DNA of 64,000 nucleotides from Tubulanus polymorphus. Taxonomy: Eukaryota > Animalia > Nemertea. Under the pieces are notes generated by a model. The model did not search any database, was not told where the DNA came from, and worked only from the letters and a program-made list of their open reading frames with translations. The stretch spans positions 6,448,001-6,512,000 of the forward strand of contig NC_134031.1 in the NCBI RefSeq assembly GCF_964204645.1, read 5' to 3'. The first letter of the stretch is position 1. Each line of letters starts with the position of its first letter. Positions 1 to 35,780 of the stretch are shown one piece after another. A program made the translations under genes and the position numbers.

Positions 1-530
1 GGAAAGATTCATTGAAATTTTGCACATTTTCTCCCAGCACTTCCAAATAGCTTAGAGCTGATGAAAGAAACTTGCCATATTCACTTCCACCACCTATCTC
101 CCTCCTAATGAAAAAATATCAGCAGTGTATATTCCGTGGTTACAATTTGTGCCACCAAGAGCCAACAGAAAGTTACTCTCAGAGCCATTCTATAAGGATC
201 AACACAGTTGATCTTAAAAATGAAAGGGCTGGCAGCGCCTCTATAACCTGCTGTGGAGAACACAAAGAACATCGGATAAGGGATTTTACCTCTCGGTATC
301 TGATGACGTGCTACTTTGACGACTCGACGAACTATTGTTTCTCGCCAGTTTCTGTCGGTGTAATTTGTCGATGGAAAGCTGCATCAGTTCCTGAAATTAT
401 CAATAATTAATGATTGTTTCGACTCGTTCGCGAAAATAAAAACCGACTCGATATCGAGATGGATTAGATTAAATAATGGTAACGCTGGTTGTACGTAATT
501 AAACGCTGTTGATCTATATCTTCTCACTCC

Positions 531-864
531 TAAGCAAAGCTCAGGTCGATTTACCACTCGACTAAATTATTGTCGTAAGAACAGCGTCACGTGAACGCCA
601 ATTGTCGATTTGTTCGTCGCAACGACTCGATCATCGGCGAGTCAAAACGTCACGTGAGGCTGAACTCGTCGCTGATTCGCAACGACGATCTGAACGGGTC
701 GTAGAAAATGGAACTCGTTCCATCCTGACGATCAGTCTGTGACCGATCCGGTGCGGTTGTAAGTAAACCCATGTCAATGGGGTTTCCGATTGAAAAATTG
801 CGTACTCGCCTCCCACCTATCCGACGCGATGATCGGGTCGGTTAGTCGACCTGAGCTTAGCTTA
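531..864. mobile_element. MITE, PIF/Harbinger-like
   Basis: Terminal inverted repeats taagcaaagctcaggtcga / tcgacctgagcttagctta, no coding capacity. Confidence 0.7.
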
Positions 865-892
865 ATGTTGCGTAATACATTCAATTAACTAC

Positions 893-23675
<22,783 letters not shown>

Positions 23676-23975
23676 AGTCGATCACAGATAATTCCCACCA
23701 TCGAATGAACTCATATTTAATCCTATTGCCGATATCCGATCTATACTTTGTGAACTTTGAAAAGCTCTTCAGCGCAGAGACGCTCACTTTTGTCGTGTCT
23801 TCCTCAAACTTCACGAACTTCCGCGTTCCGAAGTCCACCGCGATGGGATAAACACATGAAATGAAATACTGGGATTCGAACCCACTAAGCCGGGTTGGTA
23901 AGAACCGTTTGCAATACAGTATGTGCCGTGTATCCGTATCTCGAGCGGGGTCGGATCCCATATCCGTTCATATTC

Positions 23976-24211
23976 TTTAGCCGAATAAATTTCAATATCT
24001 GAATATCTGAGCTGTTTAAGGGGATAAGATGAATATATCGACAAATATCCTCATCGAAAAATCAAAAGATTTCATTTTTCTGTACCTTTTTTAATTTCAA
24101 ATTTAAGGGGTTCGAACCATACTCCGCGCTGCTTTTGATTGTTCGCGGCATGATATTTGATTGGTCGGCAATTTCAATCACAAATTTATCACATTTTATT
24201 GACTACAAAAC
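23976..24211. promoter_or_regulatory. Putative bidirectional promoter between RAPGEF1 and TRMT1L
   Basis: Divergent start codons only ~540 bp apart (23675 minus, 24212 plus); inverted CCAAT box (gattgg) at ~24159. Confidence 0.55.
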
Positions 24212-27200
24212 ATGACTCAAACCGCGGATATGAAGGCTATACACGAATTGAAAGAACACGGTGTCGTTATTGAATTCAACAGATGCGGTGACAAATCTGA
24301 TTTCAAGAAAACGGTCGTTATCCCTGAGATGACACTCAATAGGTCAGAGTCCGTCCTGTCGTCACTTTTTTTGTGTCGTCAAGAAAAAGTCAAGAGAAAA
24401 TTTCCTTCCTTCTCTGTTTCTACTTGCTTCGCTCTGGCCTCCAGACCTTGTTCAATTCCCCGGGTTCAATTCTAGCCTGGCCTTTCGCGATATGTTGTTG
24501 TCAGACCATGACAGTTCACTTTCATGTTGCCTCAATTGGTGAATTAGCATTCTTTTTTGCGCCAGAATTCCCGTCGATTTACGTCCCTTTCATTTTCAAC
24601 AAAATTTATGTGAAGAATCCCCTGAAGAATTGAATTTCCCAACGGAAAGAAACTATTTATTCTTTAAGTAATATTGTCATTGAAATTTATGTCCCTTGCC
24701 CAAAACTATCATATCTTGAAAATCCTTCCCCGATCCGTCTAACTGAATCAACTTCTGACTTTTTGACCATGTGGCACTAGTGTTAAAAGGATGAGGGTTA
24801 TGGTTCGGTTGGTTGGTTAGGCCTAAATAACCATTAGGGACTCCTAAACTGGGGTTGCTCCCGGTGTTTAACTTACCGTTTTAAACTTACCCTTTTTCGA
24901 TTTAGGCCTACTCACAATTTCAACATACTCAGCCTATTTAGAATTTACCCTTTTTAGACTCAATCCTTATTCGACTTAGGCTAAAAGAAATTTACCTTGT
25001 TTCTCCAATCGGCCGTGTCACTTTGTAAACTGCAATAAACTTTGTAGTCAGTTCATTTCCATAACTGCCGGGTCTGTTGTGGTTAGCTTGATCATGCTTA
25101 AAAAAAGTACAGGGTAGACAGGCGGGCTGGTTGAACAGTTCTAAATGAGAAACGAGGTATTTTTAATCCTCGCCGTTTCTGTTGAACTGAGACCCTGGCT
25201 TTTTCAACTTTCCGTTTTAAAAAACCTTTTTATCATCGATTTTTAGAGATTTTGTGCTGTGTTCGCTCGTGACGTACGCCGAAAATCGCGAGTACACGGC
25301 GTGTCTCGACGCGTTCGGCATCACAGGCATCAACGGAATGATGTGGAAACGCGCTCTCCGCCGGAAAATCGACGTCACTATCGCCGAAGTCGATGCGGTT
25401 AACGTTGCCAAGATACGCGACGACGTCGTCAAGAACGAATTACGAATCAACGCGAGCCCCCAGCTCATCGTCGGCAAGCCAGTGTTCGAAGATTTTGTAA
25501 GCGCATCTTTGAAATTGAGAAATAATGATTGGTATATAGAAAATGGAATGTTAAGTTGCCGTTTAGGCTACTGTGGCAATTGAGGATTTCAACTGAAGAT
25601 CCTACTGGTCTAGTAGATGGTCCAATTCAGGTTGGTCATTGACCTTGAAAACCTGGGAAACTCTGGGAATCTTTTCTTTGATCCGTTCGAAATTTTTCAG
25701 TTTTAATCAGAAAAATCTTGAACAGATCGAGGAAAATTCGGGGAATTTGACAAATTCTGCCGAAAAACCTGGAACGATCAGTCAATTTAAATATGCTATT
25801 GACCGTGTGTTTCTTCATCAGTACGTGATACAGTGAAATATGAATGAATTGTAAGATTTTAAACTCAGAACTTTCTCTGATTCGCTCAGGAAAGTGTAAT
25901 CACATGGAATAATCGGGGAAAATTCGGGGGTTCGTAAATTGGTCGGAGAGTGGCCACCCTGCTGTGCACTTGTTTGTTGCTTTATATTTTCAATATTCAT
26001 ACAATTTTTTATTACTTAGACTTAACATAAGCTTTAGGCGTATACGTACGTTCTTTCATGAAACTTAATTGGGCGCAGTAGACCCGCCTTACTCAATACT
26101 GGTCTACACTCGGATGAAGGCTCAAGTTTCAAGGTTCTATAGAGTTGAAATAGCCGCGTGATGATTTTGAAATAACTATTTAGATAGAAATCACTATTGA
26201 AATCGAATTATTGGATGCAAAATAGGAAAGTTCAAAGTTTGGCATTTTTTTACTGATTTGTTATAGCCCTACAAAAAGCCTGAACTGGAATCGACAGAAA
26301 AAGAGGATGACAAAACATCATCGGATTCATTGGAATACGGTATAAATGTTACGCATATAGACGCCAACGTTATGTTGAACCAAAGAGCTTTTGACTTTGT
26401 GTACGTAAGTTCAATATCTTTCAATCTTGTTACTTCCACCTGAATCTAGTTTTTAGGCCTAACCTATTAGCAATCGAACCGCCTGCATGTGTCCTACTCA
26501 TCAAGTCGCCTGTAGCAGCCCTAATTTATTTTTTCATCTGCTACACAAAAATGGTTCCAACGGGATTCAAACCCATCAGCTCAGAATTTAAAGCTAGACA
26601 CCCGAGATGACAAAACTCCGTACATAAATCAATATGGTGTATGAACATGGAAGAACCGAGTGCTCAGTTCTATCCAAGTACCTCGAAGCCGTGACTGTTT
26701 ACTATAAAATAACCTGAAGTTTCCTATGTAGTTCATAACATCACTTAATCCGTATAAAGACCCCTGTCCCTAATAACAAGAGTTAAGCCAGGGCCGGATC
26801 TAGCTTTTCGGAAAAGGGGGTGCGCACTGCTTACTTGGGTCAGTACTTACAGGTGGGGGTCTGAGGATGCTCCCCCAAGAAAATTTTTAAAAATTAAATG
26901 CATTTCGGTGCATTCTGAGCACTCTCCCGGTGGAAATTAGGAATGAAATATGTTCACAATTTCATCATTTTCTAAATGAAAGTCTCATAGAGAAAATTTC
27001 AAGGATATTCGGCCGAAAAAGGGGATGTGCGCATCCCCCGCCCGCGCACCCCCCTGGATCCACCACCGAAAGCAAAGTTGACTGTACGACCGAAGTATCA
27101 TGAAAAATCTTTCGTGCGTGACGTTCGTTGATGTCTATTCTCCAAATGAATGATACACGATGACGCGTACGATCGAATCTTTGTTTTCTTTCAGATTTTT

Positions 27201-30200
27201 AAATCCGTGCGGCAGCCCCGTTCAGTATTTCGACTCGGCGTTTCGGTACACGCGGCACAGCGGTATGATGATCATCACGGCTATGGACCTTGGCACGCTC
27301 TACTGTAAATCGCCTCAACTCGCCGAGCGGTATTACGGCGCACACGCCACTAGTACGGACTATATGAGAGAATTCGCAGCTCGTATCGTTCTAGCCGCCG
27401 CTGCTAGGTAAGGGGCCGTGCTTAAAGTACATACACTCAAAATTCCCGATTATCCACTCCCCTCCCCATGCATGCTTTTATTATGTCTCTTTTGGTTATT
27501 TTGTTGGTAAAACTTCATTATCAATAAAACCATTTTGGCATTATTTCCAACCTAGCACCATGATTAAAACGTATGTACACAAAACGTGCGCGATGTGATC
27601 ATCACCTCGCGCCACCAGTCAACCAACCACCTGAAACAACTGGTGAAAGTATCGCCATCTTTTAGAAATAAATCAGAACTACGTTATCTGGAACGTGTAC
27701 ATCGTTATGATGACGTGCAATGACTTGCAATATCATTTGACTACGGAATGATTTAATGAGTTTTTAGGATCAGCTGTATTCATCCTTATAGAATGGTTCT
27801 GAGAGTAACTTTCTGTTAGCTCTTGGCAGCACAAATTATAACTGGATGTACGCAGCTGATATTTTGTCATTAGGAGGGAAATTGGTCTTGGAGTTGATAT
27901 GGCAAGTTTCGTCCATCAGCTCTAAGCTGTTTTGAAGTGCTGGGAGAAAATGTGCAAAATTTCAATAAATTTTTCCCATTCTACTAATCGATGCTTGACC
28001 TTGTCTCATGACATCACAGAGAAAGCCCTTCAGAAGAGCATCACTTGAAAATCCCTCTAGAAGGTCTTTCCATTGATATCATTATCGAGAACTTTTCTAC
28101 CATGTACTTGTGAGTCATAGGGAAACCCATTTCCCATGTATATCATCAAAGTTGAAAATGTTTACTACACATAGTCTTTATCAGCTGTTAATACGTTATT
28201 GCAAATCCATTTTTATGCTCAAAACTGAAATGTACTCAGTTGGTCCGACTTGACCTATGGTCCTTTATTATATTTTAGGAGCGCGGCTCGGTTCAATAAA
28301 GGAATCTCGGTGATGTTCTGCGTCACCGTCAAACACGGTTTAACGGTTTGTCTACGAGTTCACAGAAGTCCCAGTTACGCCGATACATGTTTGAAAAGTG
28401 TCCGCAAAGTTATCCACTGTCAGCGCTGCCAGGAAAGAGCGTTCTACCCCGATACAAATATTCCCATAGGTAATAAAAAAGGAAAGTACATTAGGTTACT
28501 CATCCCATGTTAGTTTATTTTTCCCTAATCATTATCTTTGATTATGTGATTACCTATTAAGGCCTACTTCTTTTATTTTGAAATATTGACAGAAAACCCG
28601 TATGAACTTCTAAGATGTGATTGTAATAAGAATGGAACTGGAAATTATTCGGTAGATTTGGGACCTGTGTGGTGAGTACGGTGTATATGATACGAAGCAT
28701 TCCATTTTTGATCTTATGTAAATGTGTCAGTTATGCAGTAAACCGTGCTACATTGACTGAAAATAATATCCAGAGTACTCTTTCACGAAAGGGTTTAACG
28801 CTTAAATTGATTTACTTCATTTATTCAATTGAATTGATCTTAACCCTTGGGTTCCTGCCGATGTCAAACGCCACCCAGACAAAGATCGACGGTCAGCGGC
28901 GTTCTCAACCGCCAGACCGTAAACATACTGACCTCTAGTGACTGAAAAATAAAGTAAGGCATTGCAGCTATGCTATTTTCTACACAACAGCAGGTCTGCC
29001 AATATATCATATGGTTTTGATTGGCTTTCACTTAGCTCGAGATGCCTGATATGGCCGAAGACAGATAGTAAATACACTACCAAACTCATAATAACAGTTG
29101 AAACAAACAATTTTGTTCATAAAAGGTTTATCATTATGATGAAAGTTTGATGTGGAAAATGTGTAGTTTTTGTTTTTAAAAAAACTCCACCTGGGGCTGC
29201 AGTTAGCTAGTCAAAAAGGGCCGGGCAGACAAAGGGTAAATCGATTTATAAGTTAGTCCTTTTTGTGAAAGTGGACCCTGATTAGATCAAGGTGATATGA
29301 TAAAACCTTTCAGTTCTAACTAATAAATGCCTGAAAGTTCTGGAGTAATTTGAAAACTTTTAAAGGTGTCGAATAATGGGCCTACCGCGCCACGGCATAG
29401 ACACACTGAAAGGGTTAACTGAATTTAACCAGCTGATTAAGTAATTCATTGCGTCTTATTCCGTGTCCCGGTTTTCAGGTCGGGTCCGATATTTTCGACG
29501 CAATTTTTGTGTGATATGAAACGAACTGCTGAAACGACGGCGACGACGTTCACTGGCGAATTTAAATCTCTCGTCGAATCGTTACTCGTTGAATCTCGAT
29601 GCTCAAATTCGTCGTCCGAATCGGCAGCGAAGAATGATTCATCGGAATCTCCTCTGCGGGAACCGCCTTTAAAAAAGACCAAGTTCGACGCCGTCGAAGA
29701 AGACAGCTGCCCGCCGTTTTATTACAATCTGACGCATCGTAAACTCAGGAAGCTAATCAGGTACGGCAGTCAAAACTGATCTGAATTAACTAATTATTAA
29801 TCGACTTGGTGGTCTGATTATTCTAACCATACTGCAGTTTTATTTCATGATCGGACATTTATGTAAACAACTAGAATTACAACAACTAAATACATCAAGT
29901 TTCATGGATATCCATCAGATATTCCAGGTTGTATCGTGGTAAACAAGAAATTCAAGATGGCTACCCTAGTGGATATATTTTCAAAAGTGGTGAACACTTT
30001 GCCTGCCCCAATCATCACACCAAGTTTCATGTAAATCCTCATTCCTTAATTGGAATTGTACGCTGTATCATGCTAGCAAGATTGTGTCCACAGCAGACAA
30101 CCTGACTCCAGTATACCCCTCCCCCTACACTTCGTTGCGGGTATAACGAGTTTGAGCCATAGTTGATATAGCAGGGCTGTACGTAGGCAGTTCCCCCTTC

Positions 30201-30541
30201 CCAGAAATCGTTTGAAAAAATTGCAGTTCATGGATAGCTCCGAGTAAAAGTATCGTAAATAATTGAATATCCAGCTTAGACAAAAATCCAAATTAAGGCT
30301 AAAAAGGGATAGATACCTTGTTTCTACTAATCGGCAGGGTCATATACAATGTTTTGAGTTGATTTTGATTTTCTGGTTTTTGTATTAACGATTTTCCAGG
30401 GTGAACAAGTTGGTAACGCATGCTCAACAGGAAGGATTCCGGTGCAGTCGAACTCATTTTGATACGAATTCCGTACGCTCTAATGCATCAAATGCCCAAT
30501 TGGTGGCGCTGGCCGAAAAATACGCTCCTGCTTCGAAATAA
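24212..30541 (+). CDS. TRMT1L: TRMT1-like tRNA (guanine-N2)-dimethyltransferase, 473 aa, 8 exons
   Basis: GT-AG exons 24212-24342, 25247-25496, 26267-26400, 27195-27407, 28279-28469, 28593-28671, 29479-29760, 30400-30541 join in frame (1422 nt). Motifs CLDAFGITG, DANVML..FDFV, AARIVLAAAARSAARFNKGI, HCQRCQER, LGPVWSG, PPFYYN, GFRCSRTHFD match recalled TRMT1L. Confidence 0.93.
26790..27068. mobile_element. Non-autonomous DNA transposon fragment (related copy ~21535-21907)
   Basis: Termini cagggccggatctag / ctggatccaccaccg; similar caggggcggaatcag...cctgcatcccccctg element upstream. Confidence 0.5.
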
Positions 30542-30969
30542 ATGTGAATTATTAAAAAAATTAGATAGTTTGGTTTTGATATTGTGGATATGCTGGTATG
30601 GTAAACTTACTCGGCACGGGTCATCCCATTTGAAGCGATACTGGACTCCTGACAAGTAAGGAATCCTTCGAAATCCCTTGACGAGTGAAAAGGGGTTAAC
30701 TCATCCTTACTTGCCAGGGTAAGCTTGCCTCCCCGACAAATCCTGGCTGCAAACCGTTCATTAGTTAATTACACTGTCCAATGATATTTGGGCGGAACCC
30801 AGTCTATATATATATCTAACCAATTAGAATTGCTGGTTCACAATTTATGGCCACCATCAACCAGTTGATGATTTTGCCAACGAGAGGCGCATGAAAACAT
30901 TTGTTGTAGTTTTTAATGATTCTATTTTAAAAACTGCCCCAATGGCGTTAGGCAGTTAGGAGAGACTTA

Positions 30970-31380
30970 AAGGCCAGGCGGGTAAGGCATTGCAATCGGT
31001 GATGGTCCTTAGGAAAAACGACCGCTTGCGTGCTTCGCATGAAAACGCTGGAATGCGTGCTGGCTAAAACCTCTGGAGTAGCGTATTGGCTTGATGAGAC
31101 GACTTGTAGTGTCTAGGTTGACCATGCTATTGGTGATCTTGTACATCATGGCTAGTCTGGAATTTCTGCGCCCATTTTCCAGTGTCGGCCATTTCAGCTT
31201 TTGGAAATAAACGTTGAGAATTTTCAGTGGCTTGGCGAGAGATGGGCCGGTCAGTGCGTCTTCGTGGAGGGCGATGCGTGTGCTGGTTTGATGTGTTTAT
31301 GGGTCGAAGAAAGCGTTGTATCTGAGATAAATGAATCGTCGCGGGTCTGTTAACACTCGAAATCTGTTGGGAGTGCTGTT
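30970..31380 (-). mobile_element. LINE (CR1/L2-like) ORF2 3' fragment
   Basis: Minus-strand translation ends ...RKRSFFLRTITDCNALP, resembling the SFFPRTxxxWNxLP ORF2 C-terminus; frame broken. Confidence 0.55.
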
Positions 31381-31464
31381 CAGTTAGAACATGGACTCTA
31401 AAACGAAAGACCATGGTTTTAGAGTCCATGGTTTGAAGCAATCACTCGAGTAGGTCATCATCAA

Positions 31465-33508
31465 TCATAATACATGTAATAACCATAGAGTAAATACAAA
31501 AATACTGGACACGGTTGTAGAAAATTGTAGATCTAATTTGAATTCAGAATTAAATCCCCCTCCCTGTGGAACTGGATCCACCTTTTAATGTGTATTTTCA
31601 GACCAGCACAATGCTATTTGAAGTCGTTACAAAATTTATTATATTTTCTTAATTCGAATTACCTTCGCCTCACAAACCGTGTGCTTTTTTTCGTTTCATG
31701 CGCCATTTTTGGCACCTTACGGTTGTTGACGTCAATCGCATGATGTTCGGTTATTGGACCGGAAGTGAATCTTTTCAGGTGTGTGCATGCGATATGGACC
31801 GATCGCCGTTCGTACCTCTTGTCTGAAAGACATTCCGTCCCTGGGGAGGGTAGGAACGCCCCATACTGCCACCATCCCCGGGGTGTAACACCGGGGTAAG
31901 AATTTATTTTCTTAGTACATCTATGAGCCTATATTATAATACACATGTGATGTTCATATGAATTCATATTTACATGGATCAAATTGACTATAGCCGGTTT
32001 TTTTAATTGATTTACATTCGCAAAATTGGCAGCTATACAAATTTTACAAGCTCTTTCGCTTCAATGTTTGATGTCTACCACTCAAAAGTGGGTTCAAATT
32101 CCTGGTAACGATTCAAACTGTACAAACTGACGATTTACATTGTTATATCCAGTTACGGGCGATGCTTCCAAACTGTTTCTATAAAATACATCCTGAAGAG
32201 GATGAGTTTACAGCTGAATTTTGCCGGTTCTATCGAACACGTAAGTTATGCATCTTTGACGATTAATAGGTTTTTGGATAACTACTTTAGTCGCTCCGTC
32301 GCGAAAGCTGTTGTTCCGAGTCCAGAAGAGGTTTATATACATTTCTGTAGCGTGGTTTGATGTATTGCCGTGTGCTTAGCCTCTTATTAGTATAGATAGG
32401 CATCAAGAACCCGCAACCTGTCCGAGTCTGGGCCTCACTCCTTACTCAAATCCAAAGTCTTAATATTTCTGAAATCATATTTTATAGGTTCAAACGCTGC
32501 ATAATTGACGATGATTTGTAAGTTCTGATTTTCTAATTTATGAACTGTGGCATTTTCAGCTTATTTTTGGTTTCGGTTCTATTTTCTCGGTCGTTGTCTT
32601 GTGCGCGCTCATTTGGGATCATATGATTTCATTTTCAAATATCTGGTTATTGGCAATTCGTGGAGGAGCTGACGTTCGAATTTTAACTTACATATATACT
32701 TAAAATCTGTCAGTATTCATGTATTTCTATAGGTGAGTTATATAAATTCGTACTTCCACTGTGTGGAATTTTTGCATCTATCTGGGCCGCGGCTGTAGCC
32801 GAGGAAGAAACTGAAAAGAAGCTCAATGCCGATGATTTGCTGGAGAGATTGGTCCGGGGAGGCGGAGGCCTGTGCGCAACTAGTAATTGTTGTGGTTAAA
32901 AAAGCACGTTTCGGTCAAAGCTAGAAATTACTGAACTGTGACCAGGAATCCGAAAATATAATTTCGTTTAACTTCAAGTTCAGTGTTTGCCTGATAACCG
33001 TGTGATTTAACTAGGATACACGAGGAAAAAGGGAGAGGGAGAGGGATTTAGGGAGATAGGGATGGAGAGATCAGTCCCTTAATGACTAATCAAATAAAAA
33101 TCCCAAATGACACGATTTCAATATTGCATTTTTATGTTTTAGACGGATTACAAACCATTTTGAGCTTTTCATACATTTCTTCATTCTCATAAATAAACGA
33201 GACGGAAGTTACGGCCTGCAATACCACAGACGCGAGTTAGGATTTGGCCCTTGGTGTTAAGACATTTTCCAAAGTACTTCGCTAGCCCAATATACCCCAA
33301 TCCTAGAACGCCAGACTCCATGGATGCCAACTGAGCATGCCAACGACTAAACCACCGAGATCTGGTGACTGGCGAAGTTTGAAGCCTGACTACCGTCCTG
33401 TGTATTTAGTAGTTGAAAAATAAAATAATGCTATTAATACCTGTGTTTTCCCTGTATGGAACTGAGTAGTGACATAGTACGTGTTTGACATTTTCCAACC
33501 TGTTCAGA
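31465..33508 (+). repeat. Segmental duplication unit, copy 1 (paralog 37630-40320)
   Basis: Collinear from aataaccatagagtaaatacaaaaatactggacacg to ccaacctgttcaga in both copies. Confidence 0.9.
32511..32899 (+). CDS. Putative secreted Cys-rich prepropeptide, copy 1 (57 aa)
   Basis: Exons 32511-32517 + 32733-32899: MICELYKFVLPLCGIFASIWAAAVA-EEETEKKLNADDLLERLVR-GGGGLCATSNCCG*. Splice sites, frame, length and stop are conserved in paralog. Confidence 0.6.
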
Positions 33509-33924
33509 TACATAACTACAGTCAAGCCTGCTGATTCCGGATCGCCTTAATCCGATTCTCGGTCTAATGCGGACAATGTTTACAGTTCATTTGTTCATAG
33601 ATAAACAAGGAAACCTTTCTTTGATAGAATGATATATTATTACTCAAGTTGAATTATTCGTCTCTTAACGACTATTCCATGCACAGAAAATTGAAAATAG
33701 CACAAAAATGCTTTCACTTATTCATCATTGAGATCAGTTTGAGCTTGCTTCGGAGAGTGGCAATCAAACCCGGCAAGCGAGGATGGCAAGCAAGCATCAT
33801 TTACGGCAGTACGGCCTCTCTTTGGCTAGCCCTGTAGTAATTGAAGGAGTTTCTGTCATTGGTAGATATCGTGTCGATCGATCATCCTCTTTGACCTTCC
33901 GATGCAGATGAGTCTGTAGTACAT

Positions 33925-34650
33925 AATACTAATTTTCTAGGTATTCATATTGATGAAAAGTTAAAATGGGATAGTCATATTGATTATGTTCGTAGTAAGG
34001 TTGCCCGCAGTGTGGGCATATTGAATAGATTAAAACGCTCTTTACCTAAATTTATACTTATTCGTTTATATTTTAGTTTAGTTGAACCATACTTAAGCTA
34101 CTGTAACATAGTTTGGGCAAGTAATTACAATATGAATTTGCAATCCTTAGTCTTATTACAGAAACGTGCCGTGAGAATAATATCAGATTCCCTAGTCAGT
34201 AAACTGTCTGTGGTTTAGTTTCACGATCGGATATTTTCACAAACCACAAAGTATGGTTATAAGCCCATCCGATTATAAAAAGCTTACCACCAACGATTAG
34301 GTAACTAACTACAGATTCCCATACTTAGATCATAGTGATCCTCTTTTTAGTAGCTTAAATATTTTGAAAATCCATGAAATCAACAAATTACAGCTGGGTT
34401 GTTTTATGTTTAATTATGTAAATTCAAATACACCGCAGAGTTTTCAGAACTATTTTAGATTTAATTTTCAGTTCCATAGTCGTCAGACACGTAGTATAAA
34501 TAATCTGCACGTACCCCATTATCGAACCCGTAAAAAACAATTTTCGATAAAAGTTTCTTGGCCAACTTAATGGAATTCCTTAGCAGTCGAACTAAAAAAA
34601 TCTAAAAGTATTAATATATTTAGGAAACACTATAAAAGACAGTTAATCGG
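33925..34650 (+). mobile_element. 5'-truncated LINE, reverse transcriptase C-terminal part, interrupted by a 119-bp insert
   Basis: FLGIHIDEKLKWDSHI...GILNRLK...LYFSLVEPYLSYCNIVW...LQKRAVRII...HSDPLF is the typical non-LTR ORF2 C-terminus. Confidence 0.85.
34193..34311. mobile_element. Small DNA element with 9-bp TSD nested in LINE
   Basis: cagattccc at 34184-34192 and 34312-34320; weak TIR tagtcagta / taactaacta. Confidence 0.75.
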
Positions 34651-34762
34651 GTAAAAATCACCCTCTCATAATGCGATGTATTATGATTGTGTAGTTAAAC
34701 TCTATTATTGAAATTATGTATACTGTCATATACTGCTTGATATATGTCTCCTGTTTATTTCG

Positions 34763-34817
34763 TGCGTGTGTGTGTATGTGTGTGTATGTGTGTGTGTGTG
34801 TGTGTATGTGTGTGTGT
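34763..34817 (+). repeat. (TG)n microsatellite
   Basis: Direct observation. Confidence 0.9.
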
Positions 34818-35009
34818 TTTTTTAAACAAATCCTCGAAAAAAAAGTTCGACAAAGTTGACAAAGAAATTCTGGTTAAACTGCCGAACACACGTCAAATGG
34901 CGGAACCAAGAAGAGTCCAGAAATAATATATAAAACATTAGTAAGATTCCACTTCACGCCGTGAATATGAATCTGATCACTTAAGTCGTAAACGTAGAAT
35001 TCAAAGAAA

Positions 35010-35780
35010 TTAGGAAAAGTTGATAAAACTTGAAACCAATGGTCCTTTGGCTGAATTTCTACGGCTGACTTTCACACAGAAATATTCGCGAATTTCTCGT
35101 CCCAGTAAAAGATATATGTAGAAATTTACCACATAGTGACACGTAGAAAACTGAGTTAAAATGTCATACAGAAAGTCTCTGTTCCGGCGAGACAGGAAAA
35201 AAAGTAGTAATAGTGGTTGGAAGCGTGGACATCACAAATGGGAATGAAACTGTTACAACAATTATGGAGAAATGTCTTATTTGGTCTGATAATTCATAAT
35301 GACATCCAAACAAAGGACCGGAAAAATGCATAGACACAGTGGGTGTAAGTAAGAAGTGAAGTACATTTAATGCAGTGATTATCAATGTAGCAAATCTCGG
35401 TGTACACATCAAACGAGATGTGAACGGGAAGAGCACAACTGCCGCACGTTCTAGAGATATTGCTATTAAAAACCATGACCCATTACTGCCTGCAAGCGTC
35501 ATAACAAATCCATAGATTTGACAACTGATCAATGAATTCATGACGAATGTAGGACTGTCTTTAACGTGGAAGAGAACGAACTGTAAAACAGGCATCAGCG
35601 TAAACTGATGCAGAACATGGAATCACAGACTGTCAAAACAATAGGATAAACTGCGGAATCCACGACTAATTATCATTATCAGGAAAGTAGCTGAGTTTCC
35701 GATGGCCCCTAACATGAACACGATAGGCAGTCTGACCAATAGATTAGTACGGTAGATGGCAATGGATTTATGAGAGACAA
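35010..35780 (-). pseudogene. Rhodopsin-class (FMRFamide/peptide-receptor-like) GPCR pseudogene, copy 1
   Basis: TM1 LPIVFMLGAIGNSATFLIM, TM3 WFLIAISLERAAVVLFPF, TM7-like VVNFYIYLLLGREIR; frameshifts and apparent loss of part of TM2 and TM5-6. Confidence 0.8.

Noticed and set aside
26545-26600. tRNA-like B-box fragment on minus strand
   Set aside because: No full cloverleaf; likely SINE remnant.
31416-31430. GTTTTAGAG like the start of a type II CRISPR repeat/sgRNA scaffold
   Set aside because: Only 9 nt match; it is one arm of a small hairpin element.
32815-32899. Similarity of KKLNADDLLERLVRGG to bacterial double-glycine RiPP leaders, and of GGLC..N to arylamine N-acetyltransferase
   Set aside because: Gene has spliceosomal introns and a signal-peptide-like start, no modifying enzymes nearby; stop follows immediately in both copies and no other NAT motifs were found. 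Not fully excluded without an HMM search.
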